64,000 nt of DNA, from contig CAZYRK010000001.1 in assembly GCA_964650475.1 (NCBI GenBank), positions 8,356 to 72,355 of the forward strand, given 5' to 3'. The notes beneath the pieces were generated by a model. The model ran no database searches. It was given only the letters and a program-made list of their open reading frames with translations, and was not told the origin of the DNA. The translations under genes and the position numbers were made by a program. This DNA comes from an uncultured Candidatus Saccharibacteria bacterium (GTDB taxonomy: Bacteria; Patescibacteriota; Minisyncoccia; Phycocordibacterales; Phycocordibacteraceae). Of the stretch, positions 19,336 through 28,790 are shown one piece after another (position 1 is the first letter of the stretch; each line of letters starts with the position of its first letter).

Positions 19336-20445
19336 CTACCCAAATATTCTGAAAATATCGTGAGCAGTAACAACGACCATAAGTATTATAATTAAAATAA
19401 AACCTACTGCGTTCATTAACTGCGTTATGCGAGGCTTAATCGGGCGACGTGTTATAGCTTCAATAATTACAAAAAACAATCTTCCGCCATCAAGCGCCGG
19501 AATCGGGATGAGATTTATAAGAGCTAGGTTTATGGAAATTAATGCCATGAGTGAAAAAATATTACCGAGACCGGAAGATGCCGCTGCACCAACAGCACTC
19601 GCTATCCCGATAGGGCCAGAAACTTGTGATAAGTTTGCAGAAAATGTAACGGCGTGCGCAAGAAATGATACAAGCCCTACAGCTGTTTCGCGTGTAAGCT
19701 CCCATGTTATGGCAGTGCCTGTTTTTATCGCATTAGTAAACGACAACGGCAAAATACCTACCGGTGATATCCCAACACCAAGTATAAACCGGTTTGGATT
19801 AGAAGGAGCAATCCCTTGAACTGGTGTTGCAGTAACGGTGCGATTAACTCCGTTGCTGATGATTGAAATCTGTATCGGTGCGCCTTTATCAGAAGATACA
19901 AATTTGGTAAAAGCCACCGCATCTGCACCTTTCCATGACGCTGTTTTTGTGTGTGCGGTTTTTATAAAGTCTCCGGGGACAATACCCGCGCGCTCTGCCG
20001 GAGAACCGGGAAGCACACTACCGACAGCAAGAGACACATTACTGGCGTGCGGAATCTCAGCAACAGAAAGAGCGCGCGGGGTTCCGACCAGCAAAGCTCC
20101 CGTTAAAAGAATCCATGCGAATATAAGATTCATTGTAATACCGGCAAGTAAAACAAAAGCCTGTGCTAATCTGGATTTCTCGGTAAAAGCTCCTGTTTTT
20201 GGTTTTCCGGCTTCGCCTTTTACAACCCCAACTTCATTTTCTCCGAAAATTCGCACAAAACCACCAAAAGGAAGTGCGTTTATTGTGTACTCGGTTTCTC
20301 CAAACTTTTTTCCTGCAATACGTGGCGGGTATCCAAGCCCAAACTCGTCAACACGCATACCGCAAGCCTTTGCTGCAAAAAAGTGCCCTGCCTCATGCAC
20401 AAGGATAAGCACAACCAATACACCTATAAAAATCAAAATACTCAT
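19336..20445 (-). CDS. rseP: site-2 protease RseP (M50 zinc metalloprotease with PDZ domain)
   Basis: HEAGHFFAAK HExxH motif in TM1, a PDZ region, and a C-terminal LDGG motif, ALDGGRLFFV. Lies between frr and proS as in many bacteria. Confidence 0.8.
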   Translation of the reverse strand: MSILIFIGVLVVLILVHEAGHFFAAKACGMRVDEFGLGYPPRIAGKKFGETEYTINALPFGGFVRIFGENEVGVVKGEAGKPKTGAFTEKSRLAQAFVLLAGITMNLIFAWILLTGALLVGTPRALSVAEIPHASNVSLAVGSVLPGSPAERAGIVPGDFIKTAHTKTASWKGADAVAFTKFVSSDKGAPIQISIISNGVNRTVTATPVQGIAPSNPNRFILGVGISPVGILPLSFTNAIKTGTAITWELTRETAVGLVSFLAHAVTFSANLSQVSGPIGIASAVGAAASSGLGNIFSLMALISINLALINLIPIPALDGGRLFFVIIEAITRRPIKPRITQLMNAVGFILIIILMVVVTAHDIFRIFG

Positions 20446-20515
20446 ATCGAATTCAAAAAATTAAAGTTTGTTTTGTTTTTTAGTAAAAAAAGCTACATGC
20501 TCTGGCATACTTAAT

Positions 20516-21068
20516 CTAGCGAGCAATCTCATCTCGTTTGCGGGTTGCGGAAGCCTCAAAACGTTCTATTCCATCATTAACAAGTTTTTGCACTTCTTCT
20601 TTAAACCGAAAAAGCTCATCTTTACTAATGTCACTGTTTTTTTCATCTGATTCGAGAGTGCGTATAAAATCTGTACGATGATTACGAACAGAAACCTTTG
20701 CTTGCTCAAGCTTTTCCCGTACGAGCTTGTTTAAAAGCTCGCGCCTTTCGGATGTTAGATCCGGAAAAGTAACACGCACACCCTGATCGTCTACGGAAAC
20801 AGACACTCCGAGATTTGTATCAATAATTGCTTTTTCTATAGCTTTCCCGAGACCCTTATCCCATGCAACAACACGCAATGTCCGTGCGTCTTCTATTGAA
20901 ACAGAAGCGATTTCTCGCAAAGGAGTACGCGTTCCGTAAGCCTCCGGCTTAACGCTATCTAAAAGCGTCGGAACAGCGCGCCCTGTGCGAATATTGGAAA
21001 ACTCCCTCGCAAGATGCTCTTCTGTTTCTTTAATACCATTTGTAAGTTTTGAAAAATCGTATGCCATA
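20516..21068 (-). CDS. frr: ribosome recycling factor
   Basis: Frr-like from MAYDFSKLTNGIKETEEH onward, 184 aa. The ORF-track N-terminal extension to 21202 is probably not translated. Confidence 0.8.
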
Positions 21069-21219
21069 GAATCATTAAGGTTATGTTTGTATTGTACCAG
21101 ACACGTACGCGCATAGAAACATAATGCGGGAGCTCGGCTGTAGATACTTACAAAAACGCTCTTGCGGGCTTTAGGCTTAAAAACAGTACTGCCACATTTC
21201 ATGGTACGCTACAGTAACT

Positions 21220-21636
21220 ATGCGCCCACTATTTGAACAACAAGCACCAGAATTGATACATTTTGGATGGGCTCACGGTCGCTATCTAGACTTCTGGTCT
21301 TTCATACATATATTAACCGGCTCCTTGTTTGGAATACTTGCTTATGTCTTTGCAATACCTCTTTTTACAACGATGCTTTGCATCGCAGGTATCGCAACTC
21401 TTTACGAAGTGTTTGAAATCCTTTTGCGTGTTTCGGAAGATGCGCAAAACGTAGCCAGCGACATTGTTTTGACCACAGGCGGAGGCGTCCTTGCACAGTA
21501 TTTAATAGGCACATTGCAACCGACCTTTACAACCGAAATATTTATTTTTACCGGAGTGTCAATACTTAACATCACTCTGTTATACGCAGGCTGGAATCAC
21601 TATCTGAAGAAAAAACTACTTTCCATAAAGAAATAA
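21220..21636 (+). CDS. hypothetical membrane protein
   Basis: 138-aa hydrophobic ORF followed by a strong terminator. Confidence 0.5.
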   Translation: MRPLFEQQAPELIHFGWAHGRYLDFWSFIHILTGSLFGILAYVFAIPLFTTMLCIAGIATLYEVFEILLRVSEDAQNVASDIVLTTGGGVLAQYLIGTLQPTFTTEIFIFTGVSILNITLLYAGWNHYLKKKLLSIKK

Positions 21637-21660
21637 AAACCGCCGATCGGCGGTTTTTTC
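21635..21660. terminator. bidirectional rho-independent terminator
   Basis: aaaaaccgccgatcggcggtttttt, between convergent genes. Confidence 0.7.
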
Positions 21661-21686
21661 ATACGTTGTCATACGTATTCCTGTTT

Positions 21687-21953
21687 TTAGGATGCAGAGA
21701 GTTTTTCAAGCTCTTCCTCAGCTGCCTTTCTATAATTTTCCCAAAAGGCCATAAGGCGAGCCGTTGCGGAAAGTTTTTTCACACTTTCTCCCCCGCCAAA
21801 ACGCTCCAGAAACTCATCTTGAATCTCTCTATTCTTTGTGCATGTAATCAAGCGCAGTAACTCGTGTTTCTCATCACGGTTACCAAGCTCTAAAAGAGAG
21901 CGCATCGCACTCTCATAAGCATCACTAAACTCTTTGAAAGTTACCATTCCCAT
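21687..21953 (-). CDS. hypothetical small protein
   Basis: 88-aa ORF in a position with convergent terminator sharing. No recognisable motif. Confidence 0.4.
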   Translation of the reverse strand: MGMVTFKEFSDAYESAMRSLLELGNRDEKHELLRLITCTKNREIQDEFLERFGGGESVKKLSATARLMAFWENYRKAAEEELEKLSAS

Positions 21954-22096
21954 TTTATATTCCTCCTTTTGTTTATGCGTTTGTGTGAGACTTGTTTATA
22001 AGAACATCCTCGGCAAGTAGACCACAAAAGACTGTTTTAATCAAACCCGTCGATGATACAATTTAAAGTTTTTTACATGATACAATCGCAATAAAC

Positions 22097-24481
22097 ATGA
22101 ATAAAGAAGCTGTACTGCAAACACACCCATTAACACAACGTTTTTCCGCATATAAACGCATCTCTCTTGAGATTGGCTATCTGCTTGCACGAAATATTTT
22201 TATTCCGATTAACCTCATAATATTTACAATAGTTGGTCTGCTTATATATTTTGGTGACACGCGCGAAGGACTTTCGCTGGCACTCATTATCTCTATAAAC
22301 ATCGTACTCGGCATCGTTCAAGATATAAGGGCATGGTTTGTACTGGAGCGCTTACAATTATTGACCGCGATGAAAATAACACGCATCACAAAGGACGGAG
22401 CGCACGAGATTGTCGCACCGGAAACTCTTTTACACGGCGACAGTATCGTACTTTCACTTGGTGATACTGTTCCTTGCGACAGTACTGTTTTGAATTCAAA
22501 AGCTCTTGAAGTAAGTGAGTCGGTCATTACCGGCGAGTCCGTTTCTTTCCCGCGCACGGTTAGCGAGCCATTGCTCGCCGGTAGTATCATTACCGCAGGT
22601 TCAGGTATCGCAACAATCGACAAGGTTTTCAAAGAAAGCAGTCTTGCAAAAATGACCGCACAAGTAAAACGCTATACAATAAACGAAAGCCCTATACAGC
22701 GCACCATAAACAAGATTGTCACGTATACGGGGTATTTACTTCTACTGGTTATAGCATTCATTGTTGCGCACGGTTTTTTAATTCAAACACCTTGGGTAGA
22801 CACTGTAAAAACAATAGGGGCACTCTCCGCCATCCTTGTTCCACAAGGTCTTGTTGTGGCGGTAACGCTTCTTTTTGCGTTCGGTGGTATTCATTTTTAT
22901 CGTCATCACGTATTATTGCGCGAAGTTAACGCAACCGAAAAAATTGCCCGCATAAAAAATCTATGCGTCGACAAAACCGGCACATTGACCGAAAACACGC
23001 TCTCGGTCGAAACACTTATCGCTCCAAAAAACATTACAAAAGATAGTGCGAAAGCGCTGACCAGAGCATACATTAAAGGGTCTGGTGATACCTCGGAATT
23101 AATGTCGGCTCTTGAGAGTTTTCTTAAAGAAACTGACGGTGATATAACACCCACAAGAGACGGGCTTCCCTTTTCTTCATGGCGTCAATACGGAGGCGTT
23201 TTATTAAATCACAATGACAAAAACGTGGCTGTACTCGCCGGAACTCCTGAAGTATTTACGTCATACATGTCGAAAGACGATAGTGCGTGGCTTATGAACA
23301 TCGTTACAAAAGAAGCCGGAGCAGGTAAACGTGTGTTTTGTTTAGTACAATCCGATACCGACAAAATACCGCGCACATTAAATAATACAGGTTTACAGTT
23401 TGCACCTGTTGCTGTTTTTATTCTTACAAACCAACTGCGCGACGGTACCGGTGCAACAATCGACTTCTTCCAAAAACGCGGAGTACGTATACGCGTCCTC
23501 TCCGGTGACAACACCGAAACTATCAAAGCGGTTACGCGAATGGCGGGTATACACGAACCGGAAAAACTTATTACCGGAGCCGAAATGAGTAAATGGACTC
23601 AAGCAGATTTTGATGAACATGCGAAAGACTACACAATATTTGCGCGCATAGTACCGGAACAAAAAGAACACATTATTGATGCATTGAAAAAAGACGGCTT
23701 CACCGCGATGATTGGAGACGGAGCTAACGACGCCCTCGCAATAAAAAAAGCGGATGTTGGGATTGCGATGTTTGACGGGGCTCCAGCGACACGCCAAATC
23801 GCCGCTGTCGTGCTTATGCGAAACAGTTTTGCAGAGCTACCAAACGGTGTTCGGCTAGCAGATAGTATTATTGAAAATTTATATATCTTCGGCGCGGTGT
23901 TTTTAAACCAAGCGACTCTCGGTTTTTTTCTTTATGTGTTTTTAACTGCATTTGGATATTCGTTTCCATTCTCCCCTCTCAATATTGCATTCACAAGCTA
24001 CTTCACAATAGGTATCCCCAACATGCTTATTTCGTATTGGGCGCTACTTCCCTCTGGCGAAGTTGGAAAAGCTGACGAAGAAACTTTCTTAAAAAAAGTA
24101 CTGCCTTATTCTATTGTATCCGGTATTTTTTCCGCAATTATACTTGCCGGTATCGTAATAGTATCTGCGCGCAGTGTCGATGAGACCTCTGCTATAACAC
24201 TCGGTGTTATTTCTTTTTCCATTCTCGGGTACGTTTTCTTCACTATGGCACCGATGGTATACAGCACAGCAAAGCGCCGCACTCGGGCATTGGAAATGTT
24301 TGGCATCGGACTTGCTGAAATACTGCTCGCGATAATTATTTTTTCCATTCCGCCAGTACGAGCATTTTTCGATCTGACAAAAATCTCTATATTCAGTATC
24401 GCGATGCTTCTTCCTTTTTTCATCGGGTACGCACTTATACAATATTTACTGGCACGTCGCTTCACACGGTTTGTCCATTAA
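22097..24481 (+). CDS. cation-transporting P-type ATPase
   Basis: TGES, DKTGTLTEN and GDGANDALAIKKADVGIAM motifs, with about 8-10 TM segments. Confidence 0.85.
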   Translation: MNKEAVLQTHPLTQRFSAYKRISLEIGYLLARNIFIPINLIIFTIVGLLIYFGDTREGLSLALIISINIVLGIVQDIRAWFVLERLQLLTAMKITRITKDGAHEIVAPETLLHGDSIVLSLGDTVPCDSTVLNSKALEVSESVITGESVSFPRTVSEPLLAGSIITAGSGIATIDKVFKESSLAKMTAQVKRYTINESPIQRTINKIVTYTGYLLLLVIAFIVAHGFLIQTPWVDTVKTIGALSAILVPQGLVVAVTLLFAFGGIHFYRHHVLLREVNATEKIARIKNLCVDKTGTLTENTLSVETLIAPKNITKDSAKALTRAYIKGSGDTSELMSALESFLKETDGDITPTRDGLPFSSWRQYGGVLLNHNDKNVAVLAGTPEVFTSYMSKDDSAWLMNIVTKEAGAGKRVFCLVQSDTDKIPRTLNNTGLQFAPVAVFILTNQLRDGTGATIDFFQKRGVRIRVLSGDNTETIKAVTRMAGIHEPEKLITGAEMSKWTQADFDEHAKDYTIFARIVPEQKEHIIDALKKDGFTAMIGDGANDALAIKKADVGIAMFDGAPATRQIAAVVLMRNSFAELPNGVRLADSIIENLYIFGAVFLNQATLGFFLYVFLTAFGYSFPFSPLNIAFTSYFTIGIPNMLISYWALLPSGEVGKADEETFLKKVLPYSIVSGIFSAIILAGIVIVSARSVDETSAITLGVISFSILGYVFFTMAPMVYSTAKRRTRALEMFGIGLAEILLAIIIFSIPPVRAFFDLTKISIFSIAMLLPFFIGYALIQYLLARRFTRFVH

Positions 24482-24508
24482 TTTAACAAGCTGATACAAT
24501 ACCAAAAT

Positions 24509-25234
24509 ATGTATATATCAATTATAATCCCGACCTTAAACGAAGAACACTACATTGAACGCACTCTTAAAAATTTAAAGACTATCCATTCAATTTCCTA
24601 TGAAATAATCGTGGCGGATACAAAAAGTACCGACAAAACCGTAGATATAGCAAAAAAATATGCTGATACTGTTACCGTATACTCCAAAGAGGAAAAACCA
24701 AACGCTTCCATTATTCGTAATCTAGGTGCAAAATCCGCAAAAGGAGATATTCTTTTATTTCAAGACGCGGATGTTATTTTAAAAGACCCCGACAAGTTTA
24801 TTACGACTGCGTGTGATGTCCTGAAACAAAATCCGAAGCTGGTTGCTGTTACCACAGCTTCTAGAGTTGAACCTGAATCTGAAACTGTGATGGATTTTGT
24901 AATGTATAAAATTATTAACCTCACGTTTGTTTTTCTAAACAATATTTTTCACATTGGCGGTGCCTCCGGTGAGTGCCAAATTATTCGCAAAGAAGCTTTT
25001 GAAAAAGTTGGCGGGTACAACGAGACTTTGCCTATTGCAGAAGACAACGAAATGTTTCAAAAGCTCGCGCGTATCGGACGAACTCGTATTATTATGAAAT
25101 TAGTTACTCTTCAAACAGGTCGGCGCCAACACGCTATCGGTTGGCCACGCCTTCTGTGGCAATGGCAAGTAAACTGGTTCACTATGACTTTCATGCATAA
25201 ATCAGCTTCAAATATGTGGGAAGAGGTGCGCTAA
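24509..25234 (+). CDS. family 2 glycosyltransferase
   Basis: N-terminus ISIIIPTLNEE; a DxD-like motif, FQDADVIL. Confidence 0.7.
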   Translation: MYISIIIPTLNEEHYIERTLKNLKTIHSISYEIIVADTKSTDKTVDIAKKYADTVTVYSKEEKPNASIIRNLGAKSAKGDILLFQDADVILKDPDKFITTACDVLKQNPKLVAVTTASRVEPESETVMDFVMYKIINLTFVFLNNIFHIGGASGECQIIRKEAFEKVGGYNETLPIAEDNEMFQKLARIGRTRIIMKLVTLQTGRRQHAIGWPRLLWQWQVNWFTMTFMHKSASNMWEEVR

Positions 25235-25263
25235 AGCTGCACAAATACACAAATGAAATAATA

Positions 25264-25303
25264 ATCGGCACGGAAAATTGCTAAAGCAATTTTCCGTGCC
25301 GAT
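25264..25303. terminator. hairpin terminator between convergent genes
   Basis: atcggcacggaaaattgc-taaa-gcaattttccgtgccgat has an 18-bp stem. Confidence 0.5.
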
Positions 25304-25333
25304 TCGTTTAAAACAAAAAAGAATTAAAAACTT

Positions 25334-25702
25334 CTAGCCGGAGCGGATAGCTTTCGCTATCTCTCCAACATCCGGATCGCGCTCCGCCTCCTCAACAGCG
25401 GTCACAACAAGACGTGCGCGAACCCCGCGCTTATAAAGCGCTATCGCCAAGCGAAACCTGACGATACGGTACTCGTCCGCAAGCACACGGCTCTCTATAA
25501 TACTCAACTGCCGTGTACTGAGTTTTGCATCTGAAATCATCAAAATGGTAGCGACGAGATCACGCACATTGTCATCGCGATCGAAAAGGTCTTCCTCTAT
25601 TGCGTGATACAGCACACAATTCGCAACCTCAGCATTTAAATTGTTATCAACAAAACTCCAGTCTTCCATTTTCGCCGCTTTGCGCAGCTTGCTGTATTTC
25701 AT
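25334..25702 (-). CDS. hypothetical protein
   Basis: 122-aa ORF with no recognisable motifs. Confidence 0.4.
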   Translation of the reverse strand: MKYSKLRKAAKMEDWSFVDNNLNAEVANCVLYHAIEEDLFDRDDNVRDLVATILMISDAKLSTRQLSIIESRVLADEYRIVRFRLAIALYKRGVRARLVVTAVEEAERDPDVGEIAKAIRSG

Positions 25703-25779
25703 TTTTTCTCTCCTTTGTTTTAGTGTTAAAAATCAATATCATCCAAATATAACTTTAGCACAATTTCATACCTATTGCT

Positions 25780-25817
25780 TTCATAGCTATATCAATATAC
25801 ATTGATATAGCTATGAA
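25780..25817 (+). promoter_or_regulatory. 17-4-17 inverted-repeat operator overlapping the arsR start codon
   Basis: ttcatagctatatcaat-atac-attgatatagctatgaa has perfect arms. The ATG of the ArsR-family gene lies inside the right arm. Confidence 0.6.
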
Positions 25818-26127
25818 ATGCTTTTACAAGACAAATAAAAATACAAAACAACTTTCTAAAAACTTATTGCTTTTAAAAACACTTTCTGACGAAAACCGAC
25901 TGAAAATAATTTGTTTTTTGAAAACCGGTGAAAAATGTGTTTGTGAGATTGTTGATTTTCTAGAACTTCCACAAAATCTTGTTTCCCATCATTTAAAAAT
26001 CTTAAGGGATCAAAATATCGTTTCTACAAAAAAACAAGGATTGAAAATAATTTACTCGCTGAACACTGCGTGGCTTCCAACCATTATCAAATTCTTTAAT
26101 TCTTTAAACCCTAGATATGTCGACTAA
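25813..26127 (+). CDS. ArsR/SmtB-family transcriptional regulator
   Basis: HTH region CVCEIVDFLELPQNLVSHHLKILRDQNIV. Confidence 0.8.
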   Translation: MKCFYKTNKNTKQLSKNLLLLKTLSDENRLKIICFLKTGEKCVCEIVDFLELPQNLVSHHLKILRDQNIVSTKKQGLKIIYSLNTAWLPTIIKFFNSLNPRYVD

Positions 26128-26374
26128 AACAACAATTAAGGTTCTAGGTTCCGGATGTCCTTCTTGCAAAAAACTCTATACAAAAGTTTTAAAAAACGTA
26201 AAAGAAATAGACCGCGATTTAAACGTTGAGTACATTACCGACATTACAAAAATACTGGAACTTGGTGTTATGAGTAGCCCTGTCTTTATGATAAACGACA
26301 GAATAATATTTGTAGGGAGAATACCCGATGACAAAGAGATAAAAGAAGCTCTTCTTAGCAATCTGAGCACATAA
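26117..26374 (+). CDS. thioredoxin-fold small redox-active protein (CxxC)
   Basis: VLGSGCPSCKKL CxxC, about 85 aa. Typical partner of COG0701 permeases. Confidence 0.7.
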   Translation: MSTKTTIKVLGSGCPSCKKLYTKVLKNVKEIDRDLNVEYITDITKILELGVMSSPVFMINDRIIFVGRIPDDKEIKEALLSNLST

Positions 26375-26379
26375 AACAT

Positions 26380-27351
26380 ATGAGTGTTTTTTATCCATTA
26401 AAAGAGATGGCAGACTATATAACATACAGTCTTCTCTCCCTACAAACAGGCTCACATTTGGCAAATTCCGTACAATTCTTTTTTTATGATTCGCTAAAAA
26501 TAATTATTTTAATTTTAATGATCACTCATTTAATGAGCCTTCTCCGGTATTACTTACCGATTGAAAAGTTACGCGACTTTCTTATAACTCATAATTTTTA
26601 CGGATTAGATTATTTTCTAGCTACAATATTTGGAGCGATTACTCCATTTTGCTCCTGTTCATCTATTCCTTTATTTATTGGTTTTATTGAAGCGGAAATT
26701 CCGCTCGGTGTAACTTTTGCTTTTTTAATAACATCTCCTCTTATCAATGAAATAGCTCTGGCATTATTTATCGGTATGTTTGGAATTAAAATAACTTTTT
26801 TTTACATACTGGCAGGAATAACCATAGGAATGATTGGAGGGTTTGCTATCGGTAAATTACATTTGGAAAGATTTGTGGAAGATTTTGTTTGGAAAACTCA
26901 AATGAATAGACGAGATATTTCTACAAAAAAATTGGCTTTTATCAAAATTTTAAAAATTATATCCAAAGAAGCTTTTAATATAACGAGTAAGATTATCCTT
27001 TATGTTTTAATTGGTGTTGGGCTTGGAGCTTTTATCCACGGATTTGTTCCACAAGGTTTCTTTGAAAAATATCTCCTGGAAGCGGGATGGCTTGGCGTCC
27101 CGCTCGCCGTTATATTGGCTGTACCGCTTTACTCGAACGCAAGCGGAGTTATTCCGATTATTGAATCGTTAGTCTCAAAAGGAGTACCTATCGGAACTGC
27201 GCTATCCCTAATGATGGCTATTGTTGGGATTTCACTACCGGAAGCATTAATACTTAAAAAAATACTTAAGTGGCAACTACTTGCTGTGTTTTTTGGAATA
27301 GTAACGTTTGGGATAATAATAATCGGATACTTGTTTAATATAATTCTTTAA
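26380..27351 (+). CDS. COG0701/DUF318-type permease
   Basis: Polytopic membrane protein with the paired-Cys segment ITPFCSCSSIPLF. In an operon with arsR and the Trx-like gene. Confidence 0.65.
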   Translation: MSVFYPLKEMADYITYSLLSLQTGSHLANSVQFFFYDSLKIIILILMITHLMSLLRYYLPIEKLRDFLITHNFYGLDYFLATIFGAITPFCSCSSIPLFIGFIEAEIPLGVTFAFLITSPLINEIALALFIGMFGIKITFFYILAGITIGMIGGFAIGKLHLERFVEDFVWKTQMNRRDISTKKLAFIKILKIISKEAFNITSKIILYVLIGVGLGAFIHGFVPQGFFEKYLLEAGWLGVPLAVILAVPLYSNASGVIPIIESLVSKGVPIGTALSLMMAIVGISLPEALILKKILKWQLLAVFFGIVTFGIIIIGYLFNIIL

Positions 27352-27436
27352 AAAAGAAGCATGTCTTATACTTATTTAATTTAAAAAACAAAAAACACCC
27401 GTTGCTTTGCTCAGGGTGTTTTTACGATACTTTAAG

Positions 27437-27628
27437 CTAGTTTGTATGTACAAACTTTTTTTCGTATTTAGTTAAGATGTCTTTTTGGTCAGCCGAAGCA
27501 CCGCGCAGGGCTTTTCTATATGCTTTTGCCTTTGTTTTTGCATCGGCTTCAGCAAAAAAAACATACACAGGGCTTTTGTCGCCTTGCGCGGTTTTTGTAA
27601 TTCCGAGATACCTCAATATAGTTTTCAT
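27437..27628 (-). CDS. hypothetical small protein
   Basis: 63-aa ORF next to the RhuM fragment. Confidence 0.3.
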   Translation of the reverse strand: MKTILRYLGITKTAQGDKSPVYVFFAEADAKTKAKAYRKALRGASADQKDILTKYEKKFVHTN

Positions 27629-27703
27629 AAAATCTCCATTAGTTTATCTTTAGAATAGCTTTTCTTTATATACCCGTCAATACTGTATATATTAAAGTTG
27701 AAT

Positions 27704-28204
27704 CTATATGTTATTTATTAGATTTAAATTTTTTAATTTGATTTTCAAAATCAGAGTCAAATCCAGTAATTCTTGAAAGTAATCTTTACCAAAATATTGA
27801 CCGTTTTTTAACCTCTTGTCATCCATTGCAAAACCTTTGATAATATATTCTTTCAAGATTTTACTCGCCCAAATACGAAACTGTGTTGCTCTTTTTGAAT
27901 TTACACGGTAACCAACAGCAATAATTATATTAAGATTATAGTATCTAATCGGTTTATCAGAATGACCAAAGTGCATTTTTTGCACATTGCTTTTTTCTTT
28001 TAATTCATCATTTTCAAAAATATTCTTTATATGTTTTGTAACAACAGACCTGTCAACACCAAAAAGCTCCGATATTCTTTTTTGCGAAAGCCAAATGCTC
28101 TCGTTATGTAAAAACGCCTCCACCCTCACCTCGCCATTCGGGTCGGTATAAAGCAAAAACTCCGTCAACCCGTCTTTGTCTTTACCTGTGATTTTTTTGG
28201 TCAT
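27704..28204 (-). CDS. RhuM-family (virulence/antirepressor-like) protein, N-terminal fragment; probable remnant of an integrated element
   Basis: SELFGVDRSVVTKHIKNIF...YYNLNIIIAVGYRVNSKRATQFRIWASKILKEYIIKGF matches the RhuM family. 166 aa against about 330 for full length. Confidence 0.6.
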   Translation of the reverse strand: MTKKITGKDKDGLTEFLLYTDPNGEVRVEAFLHNESIWLSQKRISELFGVDRSVVTKHIKNIFENDELKEKSNVQKMHFGHSDKPIRYYNLNIIIAVGYRVNSKRATQFRIWASKILKEYIIKGFAMDDKRLKNGQYFGKDYFQELLDLTLILKIKLKNLNLINNI

Positions 28205-28384
28205 AGTATTAAAAAATTGTTTTTTATAAAAACAGTCATATCTTGAATATGAGTTATACGAGTTATTGGTTCTTCGTCGGAATATATTGACTGGTATATT
28301 TTGACTAATCCGGATATCCAGTTAAATATATTATACTACAAACGCCATATCAGGATGTGAGTTACTCTGATTCGTCAAAATTTA

Positions 28385-28409
28385 TTTGGGAAGGTTAGAC
28401 CTTCTCAAC
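28385..28409. repeat. copy of repeat module E (ttgggaagg-N5-ccttc hairpin) next to tRNA-Asn att remnants
   Basis: tttgggaaggttagaccttctcaac resembles the modules at 48014, 55113, 55160, 55541 and 56340. Confidence 0.5.
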
Positions 28410-28419
28410 TGACAAGTAT

Positions 28420-28535
28420 TGGCTCCGGCTGTAAGCAAAGCTTGCCACCGTTCGTATCCTCAAAAAAGAACATCGCACTCGCGGTATTTCTTTTTGTTCG
28501 GATGCTCCGGCGGTAAGCAGAGCTTTCCACCGCTC
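28420..28535. repeat. two degenerate direct copies of the tRNA-Asn 3' end (att-site remnants)
   Basis: ggctccggctgtaagcaaagcttgccaccg (28420-28450) and gctccggcggtaagcagagctttccaccg (28503-28532) share GCTCCGGCGGTA with the reverse complement of the tRNA-Asn 3' end. Confidence 0.55.
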
Positions 28536-28548
28536 ACCTCGGTGAGCA

Positions 28549-28588
28549 TACAAATACCCGCGACTATCGTCGCGAGTATTTGTATGCT
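28549..28588. repeat. 18-bp inverted repeat hairpin just 3' of tRNA-Asn
   Basis: catacaaatacccgcgac-tatc-gtcgcgagtatttgtatg with 1 mismatch. Confidence 0.5.
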
Positions 28589-28595
28589 ACCTCGG

Positions 28596-28667
28596 CTCCG
28601 GCGGTAGGACTCGAACCTACAACCAATTCGTTAACAGCGAACTGCTCTACCATTGAGCTACACCGGA
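28596..28667 (-). tRNA. tRNA-Asn (anticodon GTT)
   Basis: Hand-folded: acceptor TCCGGTG/CGCCGGA, D-stem GCTC/GAGC, anticodon stem GTTCG/CGAAT with loop CTGTTAA, T-stem GTAGG/CCTAC with loop TTCGAGT, discriminator G. Confidence 0.85.
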
Positions 28668-28790
28668 ATGTGTTTTTATTGCAAATTTATCTTTGCTGGT
28701 TTCAGCGCAAGCCAAAACCGTACTGATAAGTATAGCGAATATGAAACGTCTTTGCAAAGCATGCGGCACTATCGTTTTTTAAGTCGTAAT

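Noticed and set aside
20516-21202. 228-aa frr ORF as given
   Set aside because: Frr homology begins at the internal Met at 21068. The upstream 44 codons are probably untranslated leader.
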